From Armatimonadia bacterium (GTDB lineage Bacteria; Armatimonadota; Zipacnadia; Zipacnadales; UBA11051), in assembly GCA_039683575.1 (NCBI GenBank), contig JBDKRC010000243.1:21628-85627 (forward strand): a stretch of DNA of 64,000 nt. The letters are read 5' to 3'. The notes beneath the pieces are model-generated. The model was not told the origin of the DNA. It worked only from the letters and a program-made list of their open reading frames with translations, and ran no database searches. Positions 19,338 to 29,142 of this stretch are shown piece by piece. A program made the translations under genes and the position numbers. The stretch's first letter is position 1; each line of letters starts with the position of its first letter.

Positions 19338-20417
19338 ATGCACCGACTGCCAGACTTCAAAATCCCCGCCGCCTGTGGCACTTGCGGGATCCTCGACCGC
19401 ACCGGCGCCCGCTTTTCCGGCGCGGAAGTAGTACGCGGCATGGCCAACATGCACGAGCGTGGCAACGGCCTTGGCGCTGGCTACGTCGCCTACGGCATCT
19501 ACCCGGACCATGCCGAGGACTACTGCCTGCATATGATGCTCTCGGACGAGGCCTCGCTCGGCCGCGCCCGGGACTACCTGCAGACGGTCACCACCATCAA
19601 CCACGATGAGCCCATCCCGACCACGCCGACGCCGACCATCGAGGACGAGCCGGTCCTGTGGCGCTTCTTCGTCCAGCCCCGTGAAGACAAGATCACGGTG
19701 GGGACCGAAGAGGACCACATGGTCGCGGCCATCATGACCATCAATCGCGACGTCGAGGGCGCCTATGTGGCCTCCAGCGGCAAGAACATGGGCATCTTCA
19801 AGGGCGTCGGCTACCCCGAGCCTATCGCCGAGTATTACCGCATCCCCGAGTACCAGGCATATCTCTGGATCTCCCACACCCGCTTCCCGACCAATACCGG
19901 CGGCTGGTGGGGAGGAGCCCATCCCTTCGGTCTGCTGGAGTGGTCAATCGTCCACAACGGCGAGCTCTCCTCCTATGGCGTCAACAAGCGCTATGTGAAG
20001 TCCTTCGGCTACGAGTGCACGCTCTTCACCGACTCCGAAGTCATCAGCTACATGCTGGACCTGCTTTGCCGCAAGCACGGCCTGAGCATCGAGCAAGCGG
20101 CCATGGCCATGGCCCCGCCGGAGTGGGAGCAGATTGACGTCGAGCCCGATCCGAAGCGTCAGGCGATGCTCCGCGCCATGCGCGAGACCTACACCGGCGC
20201 CCTGCTCAACGGGCCGTTCGCCGTCATCGCCGGCCATACCAGCGGCATGGTCGGTCTCAGCGACCGCCTCAAGCTCCGCCCGCTGGCGGCAGCCACGAAG
20301 GGCAAGAAAGCCTACCTGGCCAGCGAAGAAGCCGCCATCTGGGCGGCCATCGGCGGCCAGCCCGAGGAATCCTGGGCCATAGACGCTGGCAAGCCCGTCC
20401 GCTTTGACCTGGACTAA
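19338..20417 (+). CDS. gltB1: class II glutamine amidotransferase, archaeal-type glutamate synthase domain 1
   Basis: ACG near N-terminus, HERGNGLGAG, SSGKNMGIFKGVG, HTRFPTN, HPF, HNGELSSY, TDSEV, DRLKLRP. Confidence 0.9.
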   Translation: MHRLPDFKIPAACGTCGILDRTGARFSGAEVVRGMANMHERGNGLGAGYVAYGIYPDHAEDYCLHMMLSDEASLGRARDYLQTVTTINHDEPIPTTPTPTIEDEPVLWRFFVQPREDKITVGTEEDHMVAAIMTINRDVEGAYVASSGKNMGIFKGVGYPEPIAEYYRIPEYQAYLWISHTRFPTNTGGWWGGAHPFGLLEWSIVHNGELSSYGVNKRYVKSFGYECTLFTDSEVISYMLDLLCRKHGLSIEQAAMAMAPPEWEQIDVEPDPKRQAMLRAMRETYTGALLNGPFAVIAGHTSGMVGLSDRLKLRPLAAATKGKKAYLASEEAAIWAAIGGQPEESWAIDAGKPVRFDLD

Positions 20418-20493
20418 CTAGCACACCTTCCCATGTACGCCCGACATTCCTGTCGGGGCTCGGGTCCCACCGATCACCTTGGAGGCACACACA

Positions 20494-21999
20494 GTGGCCC
20501 TCTCTCTCATAGCCGGAGAATTCATCGTAAAACGCGACGCCGACCTCTGCATCGAGTGCGGCGTGTGCACGCGCCAGTGCTCCTACGACGCGCAGAAGAT
20601 CGACCCCGACGATGGCCAGATCAGCACCGACTGCAGCAAGTGCGTCGGCTGCCTGCGCTGCGCCACTCTCTGTCCCACCGGCGCCCTGAGCATCACCCAG
20701 CGCGAACTCGTTGGCCGTGCGCATCCCAACTGGACCTTCGAGGCCCAGCGCGCCCTGCGCCGCCAGGCCGAGAGCGGCGGCATGCTGCTCACAGGCATGG
20801 GCTCTGACAAGTCCCATCGCAGCTTCTGGGACAACCTGCTGCTCAACGCCTCCCAGGTCACGAACCCGTCCATCGACCCGCTCCGCGAGCCGATGGAGCT
20901 TCGGACCCACCTCGGTGCCAAGCCCGACGAGATCGAGTTCGACGCTGACGGCAACCTCGCCACCGAGATGCCGCCACAGCTCGACCTCGCGCTGCCCATC
21001 ATGTTTTCGGCCATGTCCTATGGCTCGATCAGCTACAACACCTGCATCTCGTTGGCCCGCGCGGCTAAGGCCTCCGGCACCTACTTCAACACCGGTGAGG
21101 GCGGCTTGCACCGCGACCTCTACCCCTACGCGGACCGTGCCATCGTCCAGGTCGCCTCGGGTCGCTTCGGCGTCACCCCCGAATACCTCCAGGCCGGGGC
21201 TGCTGTTGAGATCAAGATTGGTCAGGGCGCCAAGCCCGGCATCGGCGGCCATCTTCCCGGCGAGAAGGTCACCGAAGAGATCTCGGCCACCCGCATGATC
21301 CCTGTGGGCACCGACGCCATCTCTCCCGCACCGCACCATGACATCTACTCCATTGAGGACCTCAAGCAGTTGATCTTTGCCCTCAAGGAAGCCACCAATT
21401 ACGAAAAGCCCATCTCGGTGAAGATCGCCGCGGTGAACAACGTTGTCCCGATCGCGTCGGGCGCCGTCCGCGCGGGCGCCGACATCGTCGCCATTGACGG
21501 TCTCATGGGCGGCTCCGGCGCCACCCCCACCGTCATCCGCGACAACGTGGGGATTCCCATCGAGTTCGCCATCGCCGCCGTTGACAGCCGCCTGCGCGCC
21601 GAGGGCATCCGCAACCGCGCCTCGCTGGTAGCCGCCGGTGGCTTCCGCAACAGCGCCGACATCATCAAGGCCATCGCTCTGGGCGCCGACGCCGTCTACA
21701 TCGGCACTTCGGCCCTCATCGCCCTCGGCTGCCACATGTGCCAGAAGTGCTACACGGGCAAGTGCACTTGGGGCATCGCCACCCAGGATCCATACCTGAC
21801 CAAGCGCCTCAACCCCGAAATCGGCACCCGCCGCCTGAGGAACCTGCTTCGGGCCTGGGAGCTTGAGATGAAGGAAATGCTGGGCGGCATGGGCATGAAC
21901 AGCATCGACAGCCTCCGCGGCAATCGCGAGATGCTCCGCGCCGTGGGCCTGGCCAAAGAGGAAATGGACATCCTGGAAGTAGAACCCGCCGGCCGCTAG
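20494..21999 (+). CDS. gltB2: glutamate synthase FMN-binding subunit with N-terminal 2x[4Fe-4S], archaeal-type domain 2
   Basis: Two CxxCxxCxxxC motifs, AMSYGS, NTGEGG, QVASGRFGV, EIKIGQGAKPGIGGHLPG, SPAPHHDIYSIEDL, CHMCQKC; GGAGG RBS before GTG 20494. Confidence 0.95.
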   Translation: MALSLIAGEFIVKRDADLCIECGVCTRQCSYDAQKIDPDDGQISTDCSKCVGCLRCATLCPTGALSITQRELVGRAHPNWTFEAQRALRRQAESGGMLLTGMGSDKSHRSFWDNLLLNASQVTNPSIDPLREPMELRTHLGAKPDEIEFDADGNLATEMPPQLDLALPIMFSAMSYGSISYNTCISLARAAKASGTYFNTGEGGLHRDLYPYADRAIVQVASGRFGVTPEYLQAGAAVEIKIGQGAKPGIGGHLPGEKVTEEISATRMIPVGTDAISPAPHHDIYSIEDLKQLIFALKEATNYEKPISVKIAAVNNVVPIASGAVRAGADIVAIDGLMGGSGATPTVIRDNVGIPIEFAIAAVDSRLRAEGIRNRASLVAAGGFRNSADIIKAIALGADAVYIGTSALIALGCHMCQKCYTGKCTWGIATQDPYLTKRLNPEIGTRRLRNLLRAWELEMKEMLGGMGMNSIDSLRGNREMLRAVGLAKEEMDILEVEPAGR

Positions 22000-22018
22000 C
22001 CGCGCCCTCATTGCCTTT

Positions 22019-22053
22019 GCCGTAGGTGCGCGGGCGTCCCGCCCGCAGCCGTT
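22019..22053 (+). repeat. GTAG-type REP-like palindrome
   Basis: GCCGTAGGTGCGCGGGCGTCCCGCCCGCAGCCGTT, 33/35 identical to the reverse complement of the copy near 55600. Confidence 0.85.
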
Positions 22054-22170
22054 ATCACCGACCGACCGTCGCCATCGCGACAAACAACAAGACTATCCTG
22101 TCTCATCCGCCGCTAATCCTGTCCATCCTGTATGCCTTGTCTCTCTCTCGCCGTCTCCACGAGGACTAAA

Positions 22171-22605
22171 ATGAAACGCATCTACGCCAAAGAAGAAGTC
22201 TGCATCGGCTGCCGCCTCTGCGAAATCCACTGTATCTTCGAGCACAGCGGCCACCAGACCCTCGTCAAGGCCTTCTCCAACCGTGAGAACCTCCCCGAGG
22301 CCGCTGTCCGCGTCGAGGAAGATGGGGCGATCTCCTTCGCCCTGCAGTGTCGTCACTGTGAGGACGCCCCCTGCCTCGCGGCCTGCATCGGCGGCGCCAT
22401 GACCCGCGACCCGCAAACGGGCGCGGTCAAGCATGACGAGGAGAAGTGCGTCGGCTGCTGGAGCTGCATTATGGTCTGCCCCTTCGGCGCCATCCGCACC
22501 AACAGCGAGACAGGCAAGGTAGGCAGCAAGTGCGACCTCTGCGCAGGCAAGGACACGCCCGCCTGCGTAGCCCACTGCCCCAACGAGGCTCTGGTCTACG
22601 AATAG
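22171..22605 (+). CDS. 4Fe-4S dicluster electron-transfer protein
   Basis: CIGCRLCEIHC, CRHCEDAPCLAAC, CVGCWSCIMVCPFG, KCDLC..PACVAHCP; GAGGA RBS. Confidence 0.93.
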   Translation: MKRIYAKEEVCIGCRLCEIHCIFEHSGHQTLVKAFSNRENLPEAAVRVEEDGAISFALQCRHCEDAPCLAACIGGAMTRDPQTGAVKHDEEKCVGCWSCIMVCPFGAIRTNSETGKVGSKCDLCAGKDTPACVAHCPNEALVYE

Positions 22606-22661
22606 CCGCCGTTTCTGAAGACCCGATTCCCAATTCCCGATTTCCGCCTTTGAGGCCCAAA

Positions 22662-23951
22662 ATGCCCGAAAAACGCTACGATTACCTAATCCTCGGCAAC
22701 TCCACCGCCGCTATCGCCGCCGTCGAGGCCATCCGCTCGGTTGACCCCACGGGCAGCCTCGCCCTCGTCTCAGACCAGCCCAACCACGTCTACAGCGCCC
22801 CGCTGATCACGTACGTGTTGGCCGGTAAGATCCCCGAGGAGAAGCTCTACCTGCGCCCGCGTGACTTCTACCAGGGGCTCAACGTCGACACGTACTTCGG
22901 CGTCGCGGCCACGCAGGTCAAGCGCGAGGCGCATGAGGTAGTCCTTCAGAGCGGCGCCACGCTCGGCTACGGGAAGCTCCTGCTCGCCACCGGCGGCACC
23001 CCCATCGCCCCGCCGCTGCCCGGCGCAGACCTGCAGGGCGTGTTCACCTTCACCCGCCACGACGACATGTGCCGGGTGCGGGAGTTCATTCAGCAGAAGA
23101 AGGTCACTCAGGCCGTCATCATCGGCGGTGGCATGATCGGCATCAAGGTAGCCGAAGCCTTCGCCGCCCTGAAGCTTGAAACTACCATCGTGGAGCTAAT
23201 GGACCGCGTGCTGGCCCAGGCGCTGGACGAAACCGGCAGCGCCATGGCGAAGCGCGCGCTCGAACAGCACGGCGTCCGCGTCATCACCGGCTCCGGCGTC
23301 ACCGCCATCGGGGGCACAGACGGCGTCGTCCAGAGCGTCACGCTCGACAGCGGCTCCCGCCTGCCGGCCCAGCTTGTCATCATGGCTGTCGGCGTCCGCC
23401 CCAACGTCGCCCTGGCTCACGAAGCCGGCCTCACGGTCAACCGCGGCGTGGTGGTCAACGACAACATGCAGACCAATGATCCCGATATCTTCGCCGCCGG
23501 CGACGTCGCGGAAGCTTTCGATCCCCTCCTCGGCGAGTGCCGCCCGATAGCCATCTGGCCCGGCGCCCACATGCAGGGCGAGACGGCGGGCCTGAACATG
23601 GCTGGCCAACCAGAAGAGTATGGCGGCAACATCCCGATGAACTCCATCCAGGTGTGCGGCCTGCCGACGATCTCAGTCGGCCTGATCTCCCCGCCCGAGG
23701 GTGCCGAGACGCTCGAATACCGCTCCCCCGACGGCAAAAGCTACCGCCGCATGTTCATCGTGGATAACCGCATAGTCGGCGCCGTGTTCGTAGGCGACAT
23801 AGACCGCGCGGGAATCATCACCGGCCTCATCCGCCAGGCCATAGACGTCAGCAGCTTCAAAGCCAAGCTAATGCAGCGCGACCTCGGCCTCCTGTCACTG
23901 CCGAAACACTACCGCAAGCACATAGTAAGCGGCCCCGGCATCGAGGTCTAG
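22662..23951 (+). CDS. FAD/NAD(P)H-dependent oxidoreductase (NirB/Nox-like), probable electron donor to glutamate synthase
   Basis: ILGNSTAA, LLATGG, IIGGGMIG, AVGVRPN, FAAGDVAE. Confidence 0.9.
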   Translation: MPEKRYDYLILGNSTAAIAAVEAIRSVDPTGSLALVSDQPNHVYSAPLITYVLAGKIPEEKLYLRPRDFYQGLNVDTYFGVAATQVKREAHEVVLQSGATLGYGKLLLATGGTPIAPPLPGADLQGVFTFTRHDDMCRVREFIQQKKVTQAVIIGGGMIGIKVAEAFAALKLETTIVELMDRVLAQALDETGSAMAKRALEQHGVRVITGSGVTAIGGTDGVVQSVTLDSGSRLPAQLVIMAVGVRPNVALAHEAGLTVNRGVVVNDNMQTNDPDIFAAGDVAEAFDPLLGECRPIAIWPGAHMQGETAGLNMAGQPEEYGGNIPMNSIQVCGLPTISVGLISPPEGAETLEYRSPDGKSYRRMFIVDNRIVGAVFVGDIDRAGIITGLIRQAIDVSSFKAKLMQRDLGLLSLPKHYRKHIVSGPGIEV

Positions 23952-24122
23952 GGCCCGCGACCCGGCCGCCGGTAGGAGCGCTCCCCCGAGCGCGACCATC
24001 ACCGACCAACGTTTCGTCGCCGCCGCTTCCTTGCGAATGCCATCTCTCGCCTTTATCCGACTGTTTTCCGTTTTCTGTTTTCTGTTTTCGCCTTTCCCCA
24101 CTCCCTTACCAGGTCCACAACC

Positions 24123-24857
24123 ATGAAAATCGATGCCCAGAACCTCCACTACCGCCAACTCAACGAGCAGATCAAGGCCGCCGTCGCCGCTGGCGAGACC
24201 GAATTCGACCTCATCAATGTCTGCGGGCACCGCTACCTCGGCTCGGGCATCCACACCGAGATCAACGTCCGCATCGACGGCATCCCGGGTAACGATCTCG
24301 GTTCCTTCATGAGCGGCCCCCGCCTCTACTGCTCCGGCAATGCCCAGGACGGCATCGCCAACACCATGGACGACGGTCTCGTGGTGGTTCCCGGTCATGC
24401 AGGCGACGTCATGGGCTATTCCATGCGCGGCGGGCATGTCTACGTCCGTGGCAACGCCGGCTATCGCATTGGTATCCACATGAAGTCCTATGAGGGCAAA
24501 GAGCCGACGGTGATCATCGGTGGCCGCGTGCGCGACTACTGCGGCGAGTATCTGGCTGGCGGCAAGCTCGTGGTACTGGGCCTCGACCTCCCCGCCGGAG
24601 AGCCCATTGTAGGCCGCTACTGCGCCACAGGCATGCACGGCGGCACCCTCTACGTGCGCGGCGAAGTCCCCGAGGCTAACGTCCGCCCTGGCATCGCGGT
24701 GCAGGAAGTGGGCGAGGAGGACAAGGCGCTGCTCAAAGACGCGCTGACGCCGTACTGCGCGCAGTTCAAGCTGTCGGTGGATGAGTTGCTGTCGGCGCCG
24801 TTCCAGAAGCTGACGGCCACGACGAGCAGGCCCTTCGGCCAACTCTACGCCTACTAA
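24123..24857 (+). CDS. gltB3: GXGXG beta-helix protein, archaeal-type glutamate synthase domain 3
   Basis: [49 protein letters not shown]. Confidence 0.92.
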   Translation: MKIDAQNLHYRQLNEQIKAAVAAGETEFDLINVCGHRYLGSGIHTEINVRIDGIPGNDLGSFMSGPRLYCSGNAQDGIANTMDDGLVVVPGHAGDVMGYSMRGGHVYVRGNAGYRIGIHMKSYEGKEPTVIIGGRVRDYCGEYLAGGKLVVLGLDLPAGEPIVGRYCATGMHGGTLYVRGEVPEANVRPGIAVQEVGEEDKALLKDALTPYCAQFKLSVDELLSAPFQKLTATTSRPFGQLYAY

Positions 24858-24874
24858 GCTAATGATTTGCCAAA

Positions 24875-24910
24875 GGGAGCCCTCCACGCCGGAGGGCTCT
24901 CTTCGTTTCC
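24875..24910 (+). terminator. possible intrinsic terminator ending the glt operon
   Basis: GAGCCCTCC-ACGCC-GGAGGGCTC followed by TCTTCGTTTC. Confidence 0.55.
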
Positions 24911-24993
24911 GCCCCTCACCCCCCCGGAAAGGTCCCGTCCCCGCTCTCGACGAACCAACCCCCTCGCGAACGTCGTCCATACAGGAGAGCCTT

Positions 24994-26277
24994 ATGACCC
25001 CTCGCGAACGCTTCCTCGCCATCGCCCGGCGTCAGCCCGTGGACCGCATGCCCTATCACTTTGGTGGGCCTCGGGCCTCAACGTTTGCCGCCTGGCGCAA
25101 GCAGGGCCTGTCTGAGGAGCAGCAGCGCAACTGGCATGTCTTCACCGGCGCGGAGGGCGGGATGGGCATTGGCAAGCTGTACTGCGGGCCCGTGCCACCG
25201 TTTGAGGAGATAGTCTACAAGGAAGAGGGAAACTACCGCTGGTGGCGCGACCACTGGGGCGTGTACCGCAAGGACGCCATTAACCAGCCCACCGACGGCT
25301 TTGTGACGCGTAGCTACCTTGAGCACTTTGTGAAGGACTGGGAGACCTGGGAGGAGATGCGGTCGCATTTTGACCCGCACTCCCCCGAGCGCACCGGCCC
25401 CGGTGGCGATGGCGCGCCCCTGACCGACCTCAACCCCAACAAGTACCGCCACGTCGGCGACGGGCCGGGTTGGGAGGCGTACGTCGAGCAGGCGAACTCG
25501 AGCGAATATCCGGTGGGCGTGACTGTGCCCTGCTTGTACTGGACCCTCCGCGACATGTGCGGCTTTGAGGGGCTGTCCATGCTCTTCTACGATCAGCCCA
25601 AACTCGTCCATGAGATGATGGAGTTCTGGACCTGGTTCTTGATCGAGCTACTCGACAAGCCGCTGTCGGCGATCACGGTCGATCATATCATCCTGAACGA
25701 GGACATGGCCTACAAGGGCCAGTCCATGATCTCTCCAGCGCACATGCGGGAGTTCATGCTGCCGCGCTACAAGCGGCTGTATAGCTTCCTGAAGGACAAG
25801 GGCGTCGCGGTGGTGGATATGGACTCTGACGGGTACAACGGGCAGATTCTGCCGGTAATGTACCCCGAAGCCATCGATGGTATCCAGCCGATTGAGATCG
25901 CGGCGGGCAATGACCCTGAGGTCATCCTGCGCGAGAACCCCGGCATCTACATCCAGGGCGGAATCGACAAGCGCGAACTGCGGTTCGGTAAGGAGCAGGC
26001 GCGCGTCGAGATCGCGAAGCGCTACAAAGTGGCGCGGCAGTATGGCGGGTACATCCCGACCGTAGACCACGGCGTGCCGCCGGACGTGCCGCTGCGGACA
26101 TTCCTGTACATGGTCGAGCTCATCAAGGGGTTTGCCAACGGGGAGGATATCGACACGTACGAGCCGCCGTGCGAGCTTGAGCAGCAACTCGGCCCAATCG
26201 AGGAGATGTTTGACCCGCACAAGGCCATTGCGGCGGCCTATGGACTGGACGACGGACCGGAATCAGAGGTCAGTTAG
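24994..26277 (+). CDS. uroporphyrinogen decarboxylase (UroD/MtaA-like) family protein
   Basis: [57 protein letters not shown]. Confidence 0.88.
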   Translation: MTPRERFLAIARRQPVDRMPYHFGGPRASTFAAWRKQGLSEEQQRNWHVFTGAEGGMGIGKLYCGPVPPFEEIVYKEEGNYRWWRDHWGVYRKDAINQPTDGFVTRSYLEHFVKDWETWEEMRSHFDPHSPERTGPGGDGAPLTDLNPNKYRHVGDGPGWEAYVEQANSSEYPVGVTVPCLYWTLRDMCGFEGLSMLFYDQPKLVHEMMEFWTWFLIELLDKPLSAITVDHIILNEDMAYKGQSMISPAHMREFMLPRYKRLYSFLKDKGVAVVDMDSDGYNGQILPVMYPEAIDGIQPIEIAAGNDPEVILRENPGIYIQGGIDKRELRFGKEQARVEIAKRYKVARQYGGYIPTVDHGVPPDVPLRTFLYMVELIKGFANGEDIDTYEPPCELEQQLGPIEEMFDPHKAIAAAYGLDDGPESEVS

Positions 26278-26319
26278 CAGTTGTCAGTAGTCAGCCAGAG
26301 GCAGCGAGGAGTGATGGTG

Positions 26320-26832
26320 ATGAAGGTACGACTGATCGTCTTGCTGGCAGCGGTGACCTGTGGCGCGATGGCTCTCGCCGGGCCGATCAAGGTGCCACAG
26401 AAGGGGTTCACGACCTACAAGGGTGCCTGGTTTGACATCAAGTACCCGATTGGCTTCAAGGTTGTGCCCCGCGAGACCTCCCAGGACGATGCCGAGGGGC
26501 GCAGCAACTGCCTCGGCGTCAGCTTCGTCTCTCCGGACGGCCTGGTGGAGTTCTATGTCTATTCGCCACTATGGAATGGCACCTCCCAGTGGATTCAGCG
26601 CCGCGAGGGCGAGAAGCAGACGGGCTACAGCCGGCAGCGCTCTGGGCAGACCGCGATTACCTATGTGACCAGGAAGGGTTCGGGCTACTCACGGTCCTAC
26701 GCGGACTACGAGAACTCCACCCTGAACACGCGCAAGATATTCGGCTACAAGTACGCCTCAGATGCCGCCTATAGGGCCTACAAGCCGCTGTACCTGAAGT
26801 TCAAGGGCTCGCTGATACAGTACGCGGACTAG
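26320..26832 (+). CDS. secreted hypothetical protein (PsbP-like fold possible)
   Basis: GAGGAG RBS, signal peptide ALA-G, TTYKGAWFDIKYP. Confidence 0.65.
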   Translation: MKVRLIVLLAAVTCGAMALAGPIKVPQKGFTTYKGAWFDIKYPIGFKVVPRETSQDDAEGRSNCLGVSFVSPDGLVEFYVYSPLWNGTSQWIQRREGEKQTGYSRQRSGQTAITYVTRKGSGYSRSYADYENSTLNTRKIFGYKYASDAAYRAYKPLYLKFKGSLIQYAD

Positions 26833-26852
26833 ATCGCGACGAGGGAGTATCT

Positions 26853-28166
26853 ATGCATTTTGGCTTGTTTGGCCGGCTGGTCCCAATAGGGCTGCTGTGT
26901 ATTGTTGCACTGACCGGAGTTCAGGCGGAGGACTGGCCCGAGATCTACGGCAAGGGCCGCACCGGCGTCTGGAACGAGCAGAACATCCTGCGGCAGTTCC
27001 CCGCCGAGGGCCTGAAGATCAGTTGGCGCGCCCCCATCGGCCCCGGTTACAGTGGTCCAGCGGTCGCTGGCGGCAAAGTATTCATCACCGACTATCAGAA
27101 GCGCGAGGGTGGCGGCGCTGAGCGCGTCATTTGCCTCGACGAGCAGACGGGGACGACGCTCTGGACGTACGAGAACCCGGCCGCGAACTACGGTAAGTTC
27201 GCCTACAACAGCGGTCCTCGCTCCACTCCGACGGTGGACGGTGACCGGGTGTATGTGCTAGGGGCCGCGGGGGACCTCTACTGCCTCGGCACCACCGACG
27301 GCGCCCTGAGGTGGAAGCTGAACCTCCCGGGGAAATACCAGGCGAAGATCCCCTCGTGGGGCTATGCCGCCTCCCCGCTTGTCTACGGCGACCTCCTCAT
27401 CACCCCCGCCGGCGGGGCGAACGGCCGGTTGGTCGGGCTCAACAAGCTGACTGGCGAAGAGGTCTGGCGCGCGCTACCTGTTCTTAGCGACCTTGCCTAT
27501 ACCTCCCCTATCACCGTCAGGGCCGGAGGCGTGGACCAACTCATCTACTGGGTACCCGGAGAGGTAGCCTCGCTCGACCCGCAGACGGGGAAAGTCTACT
27601 GGCAGGTACCTTTTGAGGGCGTCAACGGATGCGCCACCCCCACTTTAGATGCCGACAGGCTGATTGTCACCAACTTCTTCAAGGGCAGCGCGCTGATCAA
27701 GCTGGCCGGTGACAAGCCGGGGGCCAAACTGGTCTGGAAGGGCAACGGCGAGAACGAGAACAAGACCGAGGGCTTGCATGGCCTCATGTGCCGTCCGGTC
27801 CTGAAGGGGGACTACCTCTACGGCATTTGTAGCTATGGCCAGTTCCGCTGCCTGAAGGCCGCAACCGGCGAACGGGTGTGGGAGTCAATCGAGCCCACGC
27901 GCGAAAACAAGCGCTGGGCGAACGCTTTCATCGTCCGCAATGGTGACCTGTATCTCCTGAACAACGACCGCGGCGAGCTGATTCTCGCCGACCTGCAGCC
28001 TGATGGCTACCACGAGGTAAGCCGCACGAAACTCCTCAACCCCACCAGCGGCGGCGCCGGCACGCGCGAACTGGGCAAAGTCAACTGGGTCATTCCAGCC
28101 TATGCCAACGGTCACATCGTCATCCGCAATGATGAGGAGATAATCCGGGCGTCACTCACGAAGTAA
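26853..28166 (+). CDS. PQQ-binding-like (BamB-like) beta-propeller protein, secreted
   Basis: AEDWPEIYG, GYSGPAVAGGKVF, GPRSTPTVDGDRVY, ASPL, TGEEVW repeats, IRNDEEI. Confidence 0.9.
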   Translation: MHFGLFGRLVPIGLLCIVALTGVQAEDWPEIYGKGRTGVWNEQNILRQFPAEGLKISWRAPIGPGYSGPAVAGGKVFITDYQKREGGGAERVICLDEQTGTTLWTYENPAANYGKFAYNSGPRSTPTVDGDRVYVLGAAGDLYCLGTTDGALRWKLNLPGKYQAKIPSWGYAASPLVYGDLLITPAGGANGRLVGLNKLTGEEVWRALPVLSDLAYTSPITVRAGGVDQLIYWVPGEVASLDPQTGKVYWQVPFEGVNGCATPTLDADRLIVTNFFKGSALIKLAGDKPGAKLVWKGNGENENKTEGLHGLMCRPVLKGDYLYGICSYGQFRCLKAATGERVWESIEPTRENKRWANAFIVRNGDLYLLNNDRGELILADLQPDGYHEVSRTKLLNPTSGGAGTRELGKVNWVIPAYANGHIVIRNDEEIIRASLTK

Positions 28167-28194
28167 AGGCCGCGCGCCCGCAATGATGAGGCAG

Positions 28195-28230
28195 CAAAAA
28201 AGGCTCTCACCACTCGGCGAGAGCCTTTTC
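28195..28230. terminator. bidirectional intrinsic terminator
   Basis: AAAAGGCTCTC / GAGAGCCTTTT between convergent genes. Confidence 0.8.
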
Positions 28231-28257
28231 GCTAGGTCGCGGATAGAGCAGAGGAGA

Positions 28258-28971
28258 CTACTTGCCGCCGCAGCCACAGCCCGCCTTGGCTGCATCCTTG
28301 CACTGACCCATCTGCTTGCACTTGCCTGCGGTCATGCCAGAGCACTGGCTCGCGCCGGTGGACTTGCAGCCGGTGCCACAGGAGCAACCAGCCTTCGCGC
28401 CACACTTACACGCCGCGCCACACTTGCAGTCCGCCGAGCGTACTCCCGGCTTGCACGTGCAGGCAGTACCACAGGCGCAAGCCTTGGCCTTGCCAGGGCA
28501 CTTGCCTGCCGTCGGGCAGCGGCGGCCGCCGGGGGCGACGGTGAAGCTGGCGGTCTCCGTACTCCAGAGATTGCGGACACTCACGGAGAGCTTGCCGGCA
28601 GCCGGACCATCAAAGGCGTACTTGCCCGGCCCGACCGGGCGCAGCACTACCTCCTGGCCGTTGAGCTCGGCGTTCACAACATCCGTGCTCGGGCGGCCGC
28701 TCTTGGTGGTGACAGTGAGCACTGTGGTGCCCCGGCGATGGACGGCGCTGATGACGACATCACCTAGCGTGCGGCTAACTGCGGCGCCACCATGGCCCTT
28801 CATCTTAGCCGCGTCCATGCCGCAGCCAGCCTTCATTCCGCAGGCCGCCGGTCCGCTCTTCATCCCGCAAGCGCCGGCGTTACCCCCGCACTTGGCCACG
28901 GCGTACACCGTGATCCCAAGCAGCCCCACAAGCACCAACAACACAAACAGCGGCGAGTTGAACCTTCTCAT
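28258..28971 (-). CDS. exported Cys-rich protein with metallothionein-like C-terminal tail
   Basis: GAGGAGG RBS; hydrophobic N-terminus; three CGM repeats; central beta-rich domain; 18 Cys including six CxC pairs in the last ~88 aa. Confidence 0.75.
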   Translation of the reverse strand: MRRFNSPLFVLLVLVGLLGITVYAVAKCGGNAGACGMKSGPAACGMKAGCGMDAAKMKGHGGAAVSRTLGDVVISAVHRRGTTVLTVTTKSGRPSTDVVNAELNGQEVVLRPVGPGKYAFDGPAAGKLSVSVRNLWSTETASFTVAPGGRRCPTAGKCPGKAKACACGTACTCKPGVRSADCKCGAACKCGAKAGCSCGTGCKSTGASQCSGMTAGKCKQMGQCKDAAKAGCGCGGK

Positions 28972-29142
28972 CTGGACCTCCTCTGTCCCGGCTATGAAAC
29001 CAGGTTGCATATGGGTAGAAGAACAACCAGAGGTACGGCAGTTGTTCCCTGCAAGCACCAGCACGCGAAGCGGGCACGGCCACCGATGTGTCCGGTGGCC
29101 GTGCTCATGGGTACGGCTATTCAGTTTTTCCGCGGTAGCTGA

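Noticed and set aside
20269-22083. 604-aa minus-strand ORF, and similar long antisense ORFs at 23895-25022, 41016-42458, 43554-44744 and 50167-51258
   Set aside because: Shadow frames of well-supported genes on the opposite strand, with no recognisable motifs
24958-25011. Direct repeat CCCCTCGCGAACG upstream of and inside the UroD-family start
   Set aside because: Only 13-14 bp in GC-rich DNA with no element between the copies; not enough to call a target-site duplication
24994-26277. UroD-family gene as hemE
   Set aside because: No tetrapyrrole gene context; it resembles the expanded UroD/methyltransferase-like paralogues of unknown function
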